A DNA stretch of 33,889 nucleotides. It comes from Solirubrobacteraceae bacterium. GTDB taxonomy: Bacteria > Actinomycetota > Thermoleophilia > Solirubrobacterales > Solirubrobacteraceae. Location of the stretch: the NCBI GenBank assembly GCA_049284255.1, contig JBAPXO010000330.1, forward strand, positions 1 to 33,889, written 5' to 3'. The notes under the pieces are model-generated. The model had not been told where the DNA came from. It ran no database searches and saw only the letters and a program-made list of their open reading frames with translations. Positions 1-8,765 of this stretch are shown here, one piece after another. Position 1 is the stretch's first letter; each line of letters opens with the position of its first letter. A program made the translations under genes and the position numbers.

Positions 1-165
1 GCCCAGCGGAGCGTGGCGGCGTCGGCGCGTAGCCCCTGACGATCGCCGGGCCACCCGGCGCAGCGTCCCTGGCGGGTGCGGCCCGTCACAGCACCGGCCC
101 ACGTAGAAGTTGCCGATCCCGAGCCGCGTTATGTGGCTGCAGGCATTTCTCAAAGGGGGCTTCTC

Positions 166-1539
166 ATGGCCGCTCATGATTGGGCAGGGGCAGACGCGTT
201 GCGCACGGACGGCGCCAGCGCTCTGTCGACGGAAAAGGTCGTCACCGACGGCAAGCTGCTCGGCTGGCTCGCAGGCATGTTGGCGCAGGACCGGCACTAC
301 CACACGGTCATGGCCACGCTCACGGCGAGCGAGAACTATCCGAGTACGTGTGTTCGAGCGGCCGCGGGTTTCATCGGCGGAGAGCACTACTTCTTCGATG
401 CCCCCAGCCCGGGCCACTGCGGTGAATGGTCGTTCCCCCGATCCGGAACGCTGCCCGCTCTCCAAACGAAATTTCTGGCCCAGATGAAACGGCTGTTCGC
501 CGCCGACATCGCCGACTGGCGGCCCAACGGGGGATCGGCCTGCGAACAGGCGGTGGTGATGGCGGCGTGCAAGGCCGGCGACGCCTTCGTCGAGCTCGCG
601 CCGGAGGACGGCGGCCACTTCGGCGCCACCGTCCTCGCCGACAGGCTCGGCATCGACTCCTTCGCGTTCCCGATGCGCGGTGATCTGATCGACGCGGAGC
701 GGACCGCCCGCCTCGTAAGGGAGCATCCCAACATCCGCCTGGTCCTCGTCCAGCCGTCACATTGCCGACGGCCGCAGCCGATCAAGGAGCTGGCAGCGGT
801 GCTGCCGCCGGATGTCACGATCGCGGTCGACGTCAGTCACACCGCCGGACTGATCGCGGCCGGTCTCCTACCTCAACCTCTCCAGCAGGGGGCCGACATC
901 CTCACCTTGAACACGCACAAGACGCTGCCCGGGCCCAACAAGGGAGTGATCGCCTTCGCGGATCGCAATCACCCCCTGGCCCATAAAGTGTGGGACGTCG
1001 TCTGCCCGCAACTCCAATCCAACAGTCATCCCGAATGTCTCCCCGGTCTCGTCATCGCGCTGGAGGAGGTTGCGAGCTTCGGTCGAGCGTACGCCGAACA
1101 GATCGTCGCCAACGCCCGAGTGCTTGCCCGGGTGCTCGACGGCTGCGGCCTTGACGTGTCCGGGATGGAGTACGGCGGCACACAGACGCACCAAGTTCAC
1201 GTGAGAATTGGGTCCGCCGACGACTCCAACCGGCTGGCCAACGAACTGTTGCCGCAGTGCGCCTTCCGCACCAACTCGGTGCTGATTCCGGGTACTGGCG
1301 GCGACTACGGTCTCCGCCTCGGTACCCAGGCACTGACCAGGCGCGGACTGACCGAACCCGAGTTCGCCGAGCTGGGCCGTCTCCTCGCGCAGGCCGTGCG
1401 GTGGACCGACGCCGCCCGCATACGCCAAGAGGTCGCCGACCTCTTGGCCGATCATCCGCTCTTCCCGTTGCGGTTCAGCTTCGACGAGCTGGACCACAGT
1501 GAGCACGTTGGACGGCTGCTCAGCGAGGCGCTGCGATAG
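166..1539 (+). CDS. PLP-dependent SHMT-fold enzyme, most like L-threonine transaldolase (ObiH/ObaG type)
   Basis: Motifs LTASENYPS, GEWSFP, DWRPNGGSACEQA, DGGHF, DVSH, NTHKTLPGPNKG (PLP lysine), VCPQLQSNSH, TQTHQVH, LRLGTQALTRRG and PLFPLRFSFD follow recalled ObiH rather than GlyA (TTTHKTLRGPRGG). The ORF is open from 76; ATG 166 follows AAGGGGG and is the preferred start. Confidence 0.85.
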   Translation: MAAHDWAGADALRTDGASALSTEKVVTDGKLLGWLAGMLAQDRHYHTVMATLTASENYPSTCVRAAAGFIGGEHYFFDAPSPGHCGEWSFPRSGTLPALQTKFLAQMKRLFAADIADWRPNGGSACEQAVVMAACKAGDAFVELAPEDGGHFGATVLADRLGIDSFAFPMRGDLIDAERTARLVREHPNIRLVLVQPSHCRRPQPIKELAAVLPPDVTIAVDVSHTAGLIAAGLLPQPLQQGADILTLNTHKTLPGPNKGVIAFADRNHPLAHKVWDVVCPQLQSNSHPECLPGLVIALEEVASFGRAYAEQIVANARVLARVLDGCGLDVSGMEYGGTQTHQVHVRIGSADDSNRLANELLPQCAFRTNSVLIPGTGGDYGLRLGTQALTRRGLTEPEFAELGRLLAQAVRWTDAARIRQEVADLLADHPLFPLRFSFDELDHSEHVGRLLSEALR

Positions 1540-1705
1540 GGCCGGGGGCGACAGGGCGCCGCCGATCACGTCATTATTAACCGCATGAGCCTCCTCATTC
1601 GATGTGCCCACGGCATGTGTGCGACGGCGCGTCCGGCCGCGCCCCCGCGAGCTTAGGAGAGTGGACTACGGAATCGTCAAGGTGGGACCTCCTCGCGATG
1701 GTGTA

Positions 1706-3418
1706 ATGCGGCGCGTTTGGCTCATTCTCGGGGGGCTCGTCGCCGTCATCGCGCTCGCGGCTTGTGGGACATCCACATCAAAACCTCATTCGCACCTTGT
1801 TCGCGGCTGCAGCCCGAGCCTGGCGCACCGTCACCGATGCGCGCCAACTCCGGCACATACGTTGTCGTGTGGTCTACATGCAACCCCGGCGAGCTTGGTG
1901 TCCAAGGTCGCAGCGGCCGCCCCTGGGGACGTCGTGTGCCTTGCTTCGGGTGACTACAGCAGCTTCAAGGGCACTAGCAAATCCGCTCCCGGAATCACGA
2001 TCACTTCTGCGCCGCGCGCGAGGGTCACGTTCAACTCCGGTATCAAGCTGAACCTCAGCAACGTCCAGAACTTCACGCTCGATGGGACTGGCGGCGGGGG
2101 CAGGATGACCGTCGGCGGCTTGCTGGACGCGGAAACGAGCGGCGACGCGCTCCAGAACAAGGCGCTCAACCTCACATTCCAGAACATCAACTTCGCCGCT
2201 GGCGGGAGCGTTCTGATCAGGGGGCCGGAGAACTCCAACATCGTCTTCAACCGAGACACGTTCGTTGCTGGAAACGCCAACTGCGCCGGTGGTGGAAGTC
2301 CTAGCGGGCTCAGCGGCATCTTCTACCTCCTGTACAGCACCGCCACGTCCAGGACGCAGTCTGGCGTGAGCGTCGAGAACTCGGTGTTCGTCGCGCCCGC
2401 CGATCTCTGGAATCCGTACCGCGCGATGCAGACGGGGGCCCCGCTGACTGTCAAGAATAACGTGTTCGTCGGGTTCCTGGATCACACGGAATCCGCAAGT
2501 TGCAACCACATCGACACGCTTCAGCTTTTCAGCGGCACGCCGGGCACCTACGGCGGCGTTAGGTTCACCGGCAACCTCTGCTACGACGACTACGGATGCA
2601 TCATGGCGTTCGACGGGACGTCGGACAACACGATCACCGACAACGCCTGCTTCGACATCGAGCAGAACTGCGTGATCCTCTACTCGGACCGCGGGTCGGT
2701 CGTCAACCACAACACGCAGCAGGCGGGCAGCGCCGGCAGGTCCGGTTGCACGACTAAGCCGACCACGCAGGCATGCACTAGCTCAAAGCTGTTTGCGAAC
2801 GGTCACAAGCCCGGCGATCGCGCAACCAGCGGAGAGACGCACGCCAACAATATTGACGGCTCGCGCCCGAACATCGGGGACGCTGGCTCGCTGTCCACGA
2901 ACGCGAACAACATGTGGCCCGGCGCGCGTTCTCCGAACATCAGTGGCAGGCCTACCTTTGTAGGCGGTACGCATCCGACCACCTGGGCGGGCTTCGAGCT
3001 AACGTCGGGATCGACCGGCCACGATGGCGGCAGCGACAGGCTGGATGTGGGCATTCGGAGCAGCGCGGGCGGTCCGCCCACGGGCGGTGGCTCCGCGCCC
3101 GTGAACACGGTCGCGCCCGTGCTCAGAGGGTCGACGGTCCGGGGACAGACGCTCTCCACAACAGACGGTACATGGACGATCACCGGCAACGTGCCGACGG
3201 CGACCACCTATCAGTGGTACGACTGCCCGACCTCCACCTTCTCGGCGGCGTCATGCACGCCGATCCAGCCGCACACGTCCCCGACGAGCGCGAACCACCC
3301 GGCCTACACGCTCCAAGCCTCCGACGTCGGCCACTACGTGTTCGCCGAGGTCACCATGACGAACGCGAACGGGCAAGTCAGTGCCGTTTCGAAGGCGGCG
3401 GGTCGGGTGGCCTCATGA
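1706..3418 (+). CDS. Secreted lipoprotein with right-handed beta-helix (pectin-lyase-like) domain and C-terminal Ig-like domain
   Basis: MRRVWLILGGLVAVIALAAC lipobox; AAAPGDVVCLASGDY beta-helix cap; Asn-rich repeats (NLTFQNINF, NIVFNRDTF, VKNNVF, ITDNAC); HIDTLQ; C-terminal PVNTVAPVLRG..GQTLSTTDGTW..YQWYDC..YTLQASDVG..VTMTNANG module. ORF open from 1604. Confidence 0.8.
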   Translation: MRRVWLILGGLVAVIALAACGTSTSKPHSHLVRGCSPSLAHRHRCAPTPAHTLSCGLHATPASLVSKVAAAAPGDVVCLASGDYSSFKGTSKSAPGITITSAPRARVTFNSGIKLNLSNVQNFTLDGTGGGGRMTVGGLLDAETSGDALQNKALNLTFQNINFAAGGSVLIRGPENSNIVFNRDTFVAGNANCAGGGSPSGLSGIFYLLYSTATSRTQSGVSVENSVFVAPADLWNPYRAMQTGAPLTVKNNVFVGFLDHTESASCNHIDTLQLFSGTPGTYGGVRFTGNLCYDDYGCIMAFDGTSDNTITDNACFDIEQNCVILYSDRGSVVNHNTQQAGSAGRSGCTTKPTTQACTSSKLFANGHKPGDRATSGETHANNIDGSRPNIGDAGSLSTNANNMWPGARSPNISGRPTFVGGTHPTTWAGFELTSGSTGHDGGSDRLDVGIRSSAGGPPTGGGSAPVNTVAPVLRGSTVRGQTLSTTDGTWTITGNVPTATTYQWYDCPTSTFSAASCTPIQPHTSPTSANHPAYTLQASDVGHYVFAEVTMTNANGQVSAVSKAAGRVAS

Positions 3419-3989
3419 GTCTTGCGATCGCCCCCAGGCTAGGCTAGGGGCAGCGCGGAGGTGATCACCGCCGACGCGACACAATGGCTGTTCCGTCACC
3501 CGAGGTGCACGGCGCGCTGTTGGCGACGGGTCGGTTCCGACTGGCCGGCGAGGGCTAGACACGATTGGTTCGCGACCGGCGGGCCCGAGTGAACCGCGCC
3601 TCGCTAAGGTGACGCCAAGCGTCAGGTAGTAGCCGCGGGTGGTGACCGAGGCTGCCGATAGCTTCCCGGACCGGCACATCGTCTGCTTGGTGCGTCGCTC
3701 CAAGCTCGCGCCTGACGACGGTGCATCGACGAGGTCGGCCGGGAGCCGCTGGCTCCCCGGCGCGGTCCAAGCAGGACAGAAACGGGCAAGCTGCGCTTGC
3801 CCTGAGCGATTCCGCAGCCGTGCGGGCGCCCACCGAGCTCTGGGCGCCCACCGCGACAAGCCAGCGGCCGAGTCCTGAGCGGGACCTGTTTGAGTAGCTA
3901 GTCGAATCAATGAACGCCGCGGTCGATGTTGCGGCCATCCTCCGGCGACACGCCGCACGGAATCGCGGAACGTCGACAGCAAGGCCCGG

Positions 3990-4390
3990 GCCGTGCACGA
4001 CATCCTCACCAACCCGTGCTACGCCGGGGTGTACTCGTATGGGAGAAAGCGGCTACAGCGCACGCTCGAGGACGGGTGGGGCGCGACCGGCTGGTGTTTG
4101 GGCCGTGCGAGAGTGGCACGCTTTCCTGATCGACCATCACCCCGGGGACATCACCGTCGAGCAGCATGAGGCGAACCAGGAGGGGCTGCGGGCTCACCCG
4201 TCAGCTCTGCGCAGCCACAGCAGCCAGTCGCCCGCGCCACGTTATAGCTGCACGCGTGGCCGGCGGATCTACGGCACGACCAGGTGCCGGACTGCCGGCG
4301 GATCGAGCGGTTGTGACGGATGCGATCTTCCAGGCGCTCTCGCCGGCAGCGAGCGACGCCACGCTGCGCACGATCGACCATCGAACAGCT
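3990..4390 (+). pseudogene. Large serine recombinase remnant (central part), frameshifted
   Basis: Successive frames give AVHDILTNPCYAGVYSYG, EWHAFLIDHHPGDITVEQHEANQEGLRAH and VVTDAIFQALSPAASDATLRTI, in the order expected for actinobacterial recombinase-family proteins. Confidence 0.7.
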
Positions 4391-4713
4391 CATAGAAACT
4401 CACCAGCCGGCGAAGTCTGGTACTCACGCAGCGACCGACCGGTACGCCCCCGAACTCGTCCGCGCAGGGGGATCAAACACAATCGATCTGGAAGTCATGC
4501 CCACGCCCCTGCACACCGAGCGCACCTGGCTCAATCTGGGGAAAGAGGCACTGTTGAGGGCGCCGCCCGCTGCCACGGATGGCCAGCCGAGCTACTCGGA
4601 CGCGGCCCAGAGCAAACCTACCTACCAACCAGGTCCACGACAACCCTGTGCACCAGTTGAGAAAGTCGTCCGCTAAGAAGCACGGGCATCGCGGCCAATG
4701 CACAGTGATGTCG

Positions 4714-5451
4714 CTAGCGTTCGGCTAACGCCGGCTCTGCCAACCGGTGCGCCCAGGAGACACTGTGGCGGGCGAGGAAGTCGTTGATGTCTGCACCGTT
4801 CAAGCCGTCGACCTCCCGGATGATCTTCTCCTCGGGCCAGTTCCACCATGCGATTTCTAGTAGAGCGTCGACCTGCTCGTCGGTAAATCGGCGGCGAATC
4901 TCTCTTGCAGGTACACCGCCAACGATTTCGTACGGGCGCACATCCTTCGTTACAACCGCACGTGCGCCTATGACAGCGCCGTGTCCGATTGTGATTCCGT
5001 CGAACATAAGCACGTCGCGCCCAATCCAAACGTCGCTGCCGATGACTGTGGTCCCTCGGTAGATTGGATGGTGCTCATATTGGCCCGGTAGACCGAATAC
5101 CTCCCGAATCGGCCACGTGCTCACCCAGGCGGGGTTGTGTGCTCCCCCGGCAAGAAGCATTACATTCGCAGCGATAGAGCAGAAGCTGCCGATCTCAACC
5201 GTTACGGCAGAGCCGGCGAACGGGGGAATCAGTGGCGCTCCGTACGTGTGATGACCGATCGTCACACGCGGCGCGCTGACGAACGGCGCCTCCTTACGAC
5301 GAGCCCGTAGTGACTCGAACTTCCGCACGAGCCGGCTCTGTCCATACATGTGACGACTGGCGACGACATGCGGCTCGTTGAGGAAGGGCGCGATATTAGG
5401 ACTGGCGCGTACTGCCTCGAGCTTCTGCAGGAGTCTATTCTGTTTGCCCAT
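4714..5451 (-). CDS. CatB/Vat-related hexapeptide-repeat O-acetyltransferase
   Basis: VEIGSFCSIAANV, HNPAWVSTWP, TVIGSDVWIG, ITIGHGAVIGARAVVTKDVRPYEIVGGVPAREIRRRF, LLEIAWWNWP; GGAGGA just upstream. Confidence 0.9.
   Translation of the reverse strand: MGKQNRLLQKLEAVRASPNIAPFLNEPHVVASRHMYGQSRLVRKFESLRARRKEAPFVSAPRVTIGHHTYGAPLIPPFAGSAVTVEIGSFCSIAANVMLLAGGAHNPAWVSTWPIREVFGLPGQYEHHPIYRGTTVIGSDVWIGRDVLMFDGITIGHGAVIGARAVVTKDVRPYEIVGGVPAREIRRRFTDEQVDALLEIAWWNWPEEKIIREVDGLNGADINDFLARHSVSWAHRLAEPALAER
5239..5442 (-). repeat. Diverged in-frame tandem duplication, 2 x 102 bp (34 codons), at the 5' end of the acetyltransferase
   Basis: QNRLLQKLEAVRASPNIAPFLNEPHVVASRHMYG (5442-5341) aligns without gaps to QSRLVRKFESLRARRKEAPFVSAPRVTIGHHTYG (5340-5239). 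15/34 residues are identical, and many other codons differ by one base. Confidence 0.85.
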
Positions 5452-5695
5452 CAATCCTCCGTAGTGTGGCCTCCATCTTCAAGAAACGTGGGTCGGCCAA
5501 CTGTTCTTATGCACCGAAGCCGAGAATCGCACCAACAGTCGAATTCAGGGCGTTGCCGAACCGGCGACGGCTCGAGCCGCTCTAGGCTGGAGGTGATGAG
5601 CGTCAGAAGGTCGCCAAGAGGAACGCGCTCTCTCAGCCGCTCGAGACGTCGCCAGGATCAGCGGCAATGCTCGGTCCCGACGCAGCGGAGCTCGC

Positions 5696-6697
5696 TTATC
5701 GCGGTGCGCGAGCTGCAACTAACGTCCCCGCCGACGCAACCGGCTGCGTACCGCGCATCATGAACGGCGGCTCCGTTGGGAGCGTCCTCACGCGCGTCAC
5801 GGAAGCGGTGAGCAGATGGTTAAGCGTGAGCTCGTCAGCCTCCGCCGACACCGCCAGACCCCGATTGCCAAGCTCAGTGGCGATCTGCGTTTGGTGGTCA
5901 TCGACATGCTCGCCGTGAACAAGGCGACGCGGGACCAGGACCGGACACTTGCCCACCTCAAGGGCCGCCAGTGCCGTTCCCACTCCGGCGTGGGCGACCA
6001 ACACGTCAGCTTCGCGGATGGCCCGCGTCAATTCGCGCTCGGGGATCGCGTGGTGACCGATTATTCCCAGCGCACGAGCATCTGTATCGCCCGTCTGCCA
6101 CAGGACGTCTGTCTCGGACGGCAGGATTGCTAGCAAACGCCGCACGAGGCGCTCGAATCCGTAGTTTTTGAACGTGCCGAGAGAGACGACCACCTTTCGC
6201 AGCAGCATCGGACCCTCCACTGCCCGATTGCCCGGACCGAACGAGTCGAACACAGAGCCGCGATATTGCCACTTGCGGTCGGCCCACGCCGGGTACTGCG
6301 TGTAAAGGTCGACGCCAGGGATGTGACTTATCATGTGCGCCGTCTTCGAGGGGCCGTCGCTGCGCGCGGCGCTCTCGACATAGTGGCAGCGCAGGCCCGT
6401 CGCGCGGCCCAGAGCGAAGAAGGGCAACGCCATGGCCGAGCCGGTGCTGACGATGGTGTCGATCTTGTTCTCTCGAAGGATCCGCGCGGCGAGCGGAACA
6501 TTGCGTAGGACGTTCCCCGGGTCGCGGCCGCCGACGAAGTGAACAAAGTCAACCGCTTCGCCCTGAAGCAGGGACCTGCTCTGCGGCGTGTCAAACGTGG
6601 CCCAGCGAAACGGCCCGTCGACGCCGACGAGACGTCGGTGCAGGCGGTGTAGTTGCTTGAGATGCCCGCCGGTGGAGGCGACTAGAAGCGTCGTCAA
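5696..6697 (-). CDS. Fused PssD/Cps14F (Alg14-like) + PssE/Cps14G (Alg13-like) glycosyltransferase
   Basis: N-half LLVASTGGHLKQL, IVSTGSAMALPF, HYVESAAR; C-half VVVSLGT, VLWQTG, ADVLVAHAGVGT, PVLVPRR..GEHVDDHQ. The TTG start overlaps the upstream stop. Confidence 0.88.
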   Translation of the reverse strand: MTTLLVASTGGHLKQLHRLHRRLVGVDGPFRWATFDTPQSRSLLQGEAVDFVHFVGGRDPGNVLRNVPLAARILRENKIDTIVSTGSAMALPFFALGRATGLRCHYVESAARSDGPSKTAHMISHIPGVDLYTQYPAWADRKWQYRGSVFDSFGPGNRAVEGPMLLRKVVVSLGTFKNYGFERLVRRLLAILPSETDVLWQTGDTDARALGIIGHHAIPERELTRAIREADVLVAHAGVGTALAALEVGKCPVLVPRRLVHGEHVDDHQTQIATELGNRGLAVSAEADELTLNHLLTASVTRVRTLPTEPPFMMRGTQPVASAGTLVAARAPR

Positions 6698-7584
6698 CGT
6701 TCAACCCCAGCGAGCTCGGGCCGGAGCTCCCAATGGCGGGCTACAAGGTCACGCGTGTGGTCGATGTTGCGCGCGCTGGATGCGCCGAACACGATCGCCT
6801 CGATGTTAGGCTGCGTGCAGACCCACTTGATTGCTTCCTCGGCCGGGACTGCACCTGAAGCGAACACGGACATCGCAATGGCCCGGAAGCGGCGCTCGCG
6901 CAGGGCCCTCTCGTATGCCTGCAGACCGCCGCACATCCGGAAGCCGATCTTGTTGATGTTTGAACAAACGATCGGGTTCTCGATCCCCTGCTCCTCGAGC
7001 ACCGGAAGGAGCGCCGGCATGTTCATCGAGATGAATCCCGGTTCGGCGTCGTACCGGCGCTGGACATGTTCGGCGAAGATCCGGAAAGCATCCTTGAAGC
7101 CGAGGCCGAGCAGCAGGTCGACGACCACATTCTGGAGGAAGATCACTGGAGTGCGCAATCCGTCAAACATCTTCATCTCGGCATCGATGAGCAGCGTGGC
7201 CACGCCCTCGATGTCCTTCCGAGCCATCGAAGAACCGCCCCGGATCGCCGCATCCATGAGACCCTCGTCGGGTAGGAACCGCTTGAGCGCGCCAAGCATG
7301 CCGTCCTCCGTGACGGCGTTCGCGTACTTGTGGGCATACGGCATGCAAGGGTAGAACGCGAGGTCCGAATAGCGTTCTGGGTGCGCCCGCACGTGATCGC
7401 AGATCAGGGCAACGCGCTCGTGTGTTGTGCACATGAACGTGTGGACTCCGGCGTCGTATGCGGCATTGAGAACGTCGATGACGGCGTCGAGCGACTGGAA
7501 GCGCATCATCTGAGTCCGGGCCTTCTCCTCCGACATGTGGTTGACGCCGAAGAACTGGTTGTCGCCGAACAACAGACGGTCCAT
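6694..7584 (-). CDS. Conserved hypothetical protein, probable aldo/keto-reductase-like TIM barrel
   Basis: 296-aa ORF coupled at both ends (TGATG and TTGA overlaps). RLLFGDNQFFG, AAYDAGVHTF, IAMSVFASG, EAIKWV and AIVFGASSARNI resemble AKR-fold landmarks. Function not established. Confidence 0.75.
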   Translation of the reverse strand: MDRLLFGDNQFFGVNHMSEEKARTQMMRFQSLDAVIDVLNAAYDAGVHTFMCTTHERVALICDHVRAHPERYSDLAFYPCMPYAHKYANAVTEDGMLGALKRFLPDEGLMDAAIRGGSSMARKDIEGVATLLIDAEMKMFDGLRTPVIFLQNVVVDLLLGLGFKDAFRIFAEHVQRRYDAEPGFISMNMPALLPVLEEQGIENPIVCSNINKIGFRMCGGLQAYERALRERRFRAIAMSVFASGAVPAEEAIKWVCTQPNIEAIVFGASSARNIDHTRDLVARHWELRPELAGVER

Positions 7585-8735
7585 CAGGCGCCCCGTCGTG
7601 TCTCGAGCTGGCCCACCGACTGCGCTGCCGGCTGTGGTACGAGCCGCGGCAACCGAAAGCGTCGCCGGCGTTTGGCCGGCACGGGAGCAATGTCCTTGCC
7701 CTGCGCGAGCGTCGACGCGCCCCTCTCCGCGTCAGCGATCATCATCGCGATCACCCGATCGGTCTCGGCTGCGCTATCGAACCCGTTGATGCCGTCAGTG
7801 GTTCGGTCCCGAATACGCGCAACGAAATGCTCAATTTGGCTGCTGTACTCCTCTCCACGCAGGTAGAAGCCGACCGGCTCCGTCAGCTCGGTGGTGTACC
7901 GCACGTTCCATCCAGTCTCGTAGCCGTCTGGGACCGTCGCGGTGTCGCGCAGGTAGACCTGGATCTCCTGGCGGTCGGCGAAGATCCGTCCAGCCGTGCC
8001 CCATGCGGTGATCCGGGTGGTCATCTTGCGATACGACTCGTCCGACCAGTTGACCGAGATGCGCGAGGCCTGCCCGTCAGGGAAGTAGAGCGTGCTGTGT
8101 ACCTCGTCGTCGATCTCGCGGGAGAAGACCGAGCCGAGGACGGTGCCGCCAACGCCGATGGGCTCGCCGAGGTACCAGTTGAGGAGATTCAGGGGGTGCG
8201 CTGCGTAGTCGTAGAGTGCGCCGCCACCCTCCTCCTTGCGGCTGCGCCATGTACTGCCCTTCGCCTTTAGTACCACCGGTCCGTACGCCTCGCCGAGGAC
8301 GTGGCTGACGGTCCCAATCGCGCCCGCGTCGAGCAGGCGCTTGACCTCGGCAAACGAACCTACAAATCGGTTGTGGTAGCCGACCTGTGTGACGACTCCC
8401 CGTTGGCGGGCTAGCGAGCTCAGCTCGTCCGCGTCCGTCACGCTGAGCGTGAACGGCTTCTCGCAGAACACATGTAGTCCGCGCTCGAGCGCCGATCGGA
8501 CCATGCCGGTGTGGGTGCGAGAGGGGGTCGCAATCAGAACCGCATCGAGCTCGAGCTCCCGCAGCATCGCTTCGTAATCGCTGTAGGTGGCAACGCCGGT
8601 GTACTTCCTTAGTACGCCCAGCACATAGCCTGAGGAGTCGCACACCGCAGCCAGCTCCACTTCGGGATGGGCCTTTACAACCGCAAGGTGCGAGAGCCCC
8701 ATCTTGCCGAGCCCGACTACCGCGATCTTGATCAT
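7584..8735 (-). CDS. Gfo/Idh/MocA family NAD(P)-dependent oxidoreductase
   Basis: IKIAVVGLGKMG, LDAVLIATPSRTH, GLHVFCEKP, QVGYHNRF, GGGALYDYAAH. Confidence 0.92.
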   Translation of the reverse strand: MIKIAVVGLGKMGLSHLAVVKAHPEVELAAVCDSSGYVLGVLRKYTGVATYSDYEAMLRELELDAVLIATPSRTHTGMVRSALERGLHVFCEKPFTLSVTDADELSSLARQRGVVTQVGYHNRFVGSFAEVKRLLDAGAIGTVSHVLGEAYGPVVLKAKGSTWRSRKEEGGGALYDYAAHPLNLLNWYLGEPIGVGGTVLGSVFSREIDDEVHSTLYFPDGQASRISVNWSDESYRKMTTRITAWGTAGRIFADRQEIQVYLRDTATVPDGYETGWNVRYTTELTEPVGFYLRGEEYSSQIEHFVARIRDRTTDGINGFDSAAETDRVIAMMIADAERGASTLAQGKDIAPVPAKRRRRFRLPRLVPQPAAQSVGQLETRRGA

Positions 8736-8765
8736 CGAAACCCCGCTTCGAGAGCTCGTGGTTAC

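Noticed and set aside
1..39. Possible 3' end of an upstream + strand gene (AQRSVAASARSP*)
   Set aside because: Only 12 codons; cannot be supported or identified.
76..1539. Calling the first gene glyA (SHMT)
   Set aside because: It lacks the GlyA NKYAEGYP and TTTHKTLRGPRGG signatures; the motifs fit the transaldolase branch.
3420..3980. ORFs and a GC hairpin (~3738-3761) downstream of the lipoprotein
   Set aside because: No recognisable protein motifs; the hairpin is far from the stop and has no U-tract.
4400..4700. Possible further mobile-element tail
   Set aside because: No motif or terminal repeat I can assign.
4714..5451. Antibiotic-resistance call (catB/vat)
   Set aside because: The family also contains sugar O-acetyltransferases, and the EPS context favours that role. 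Resistance cannot be claimed from sequence.
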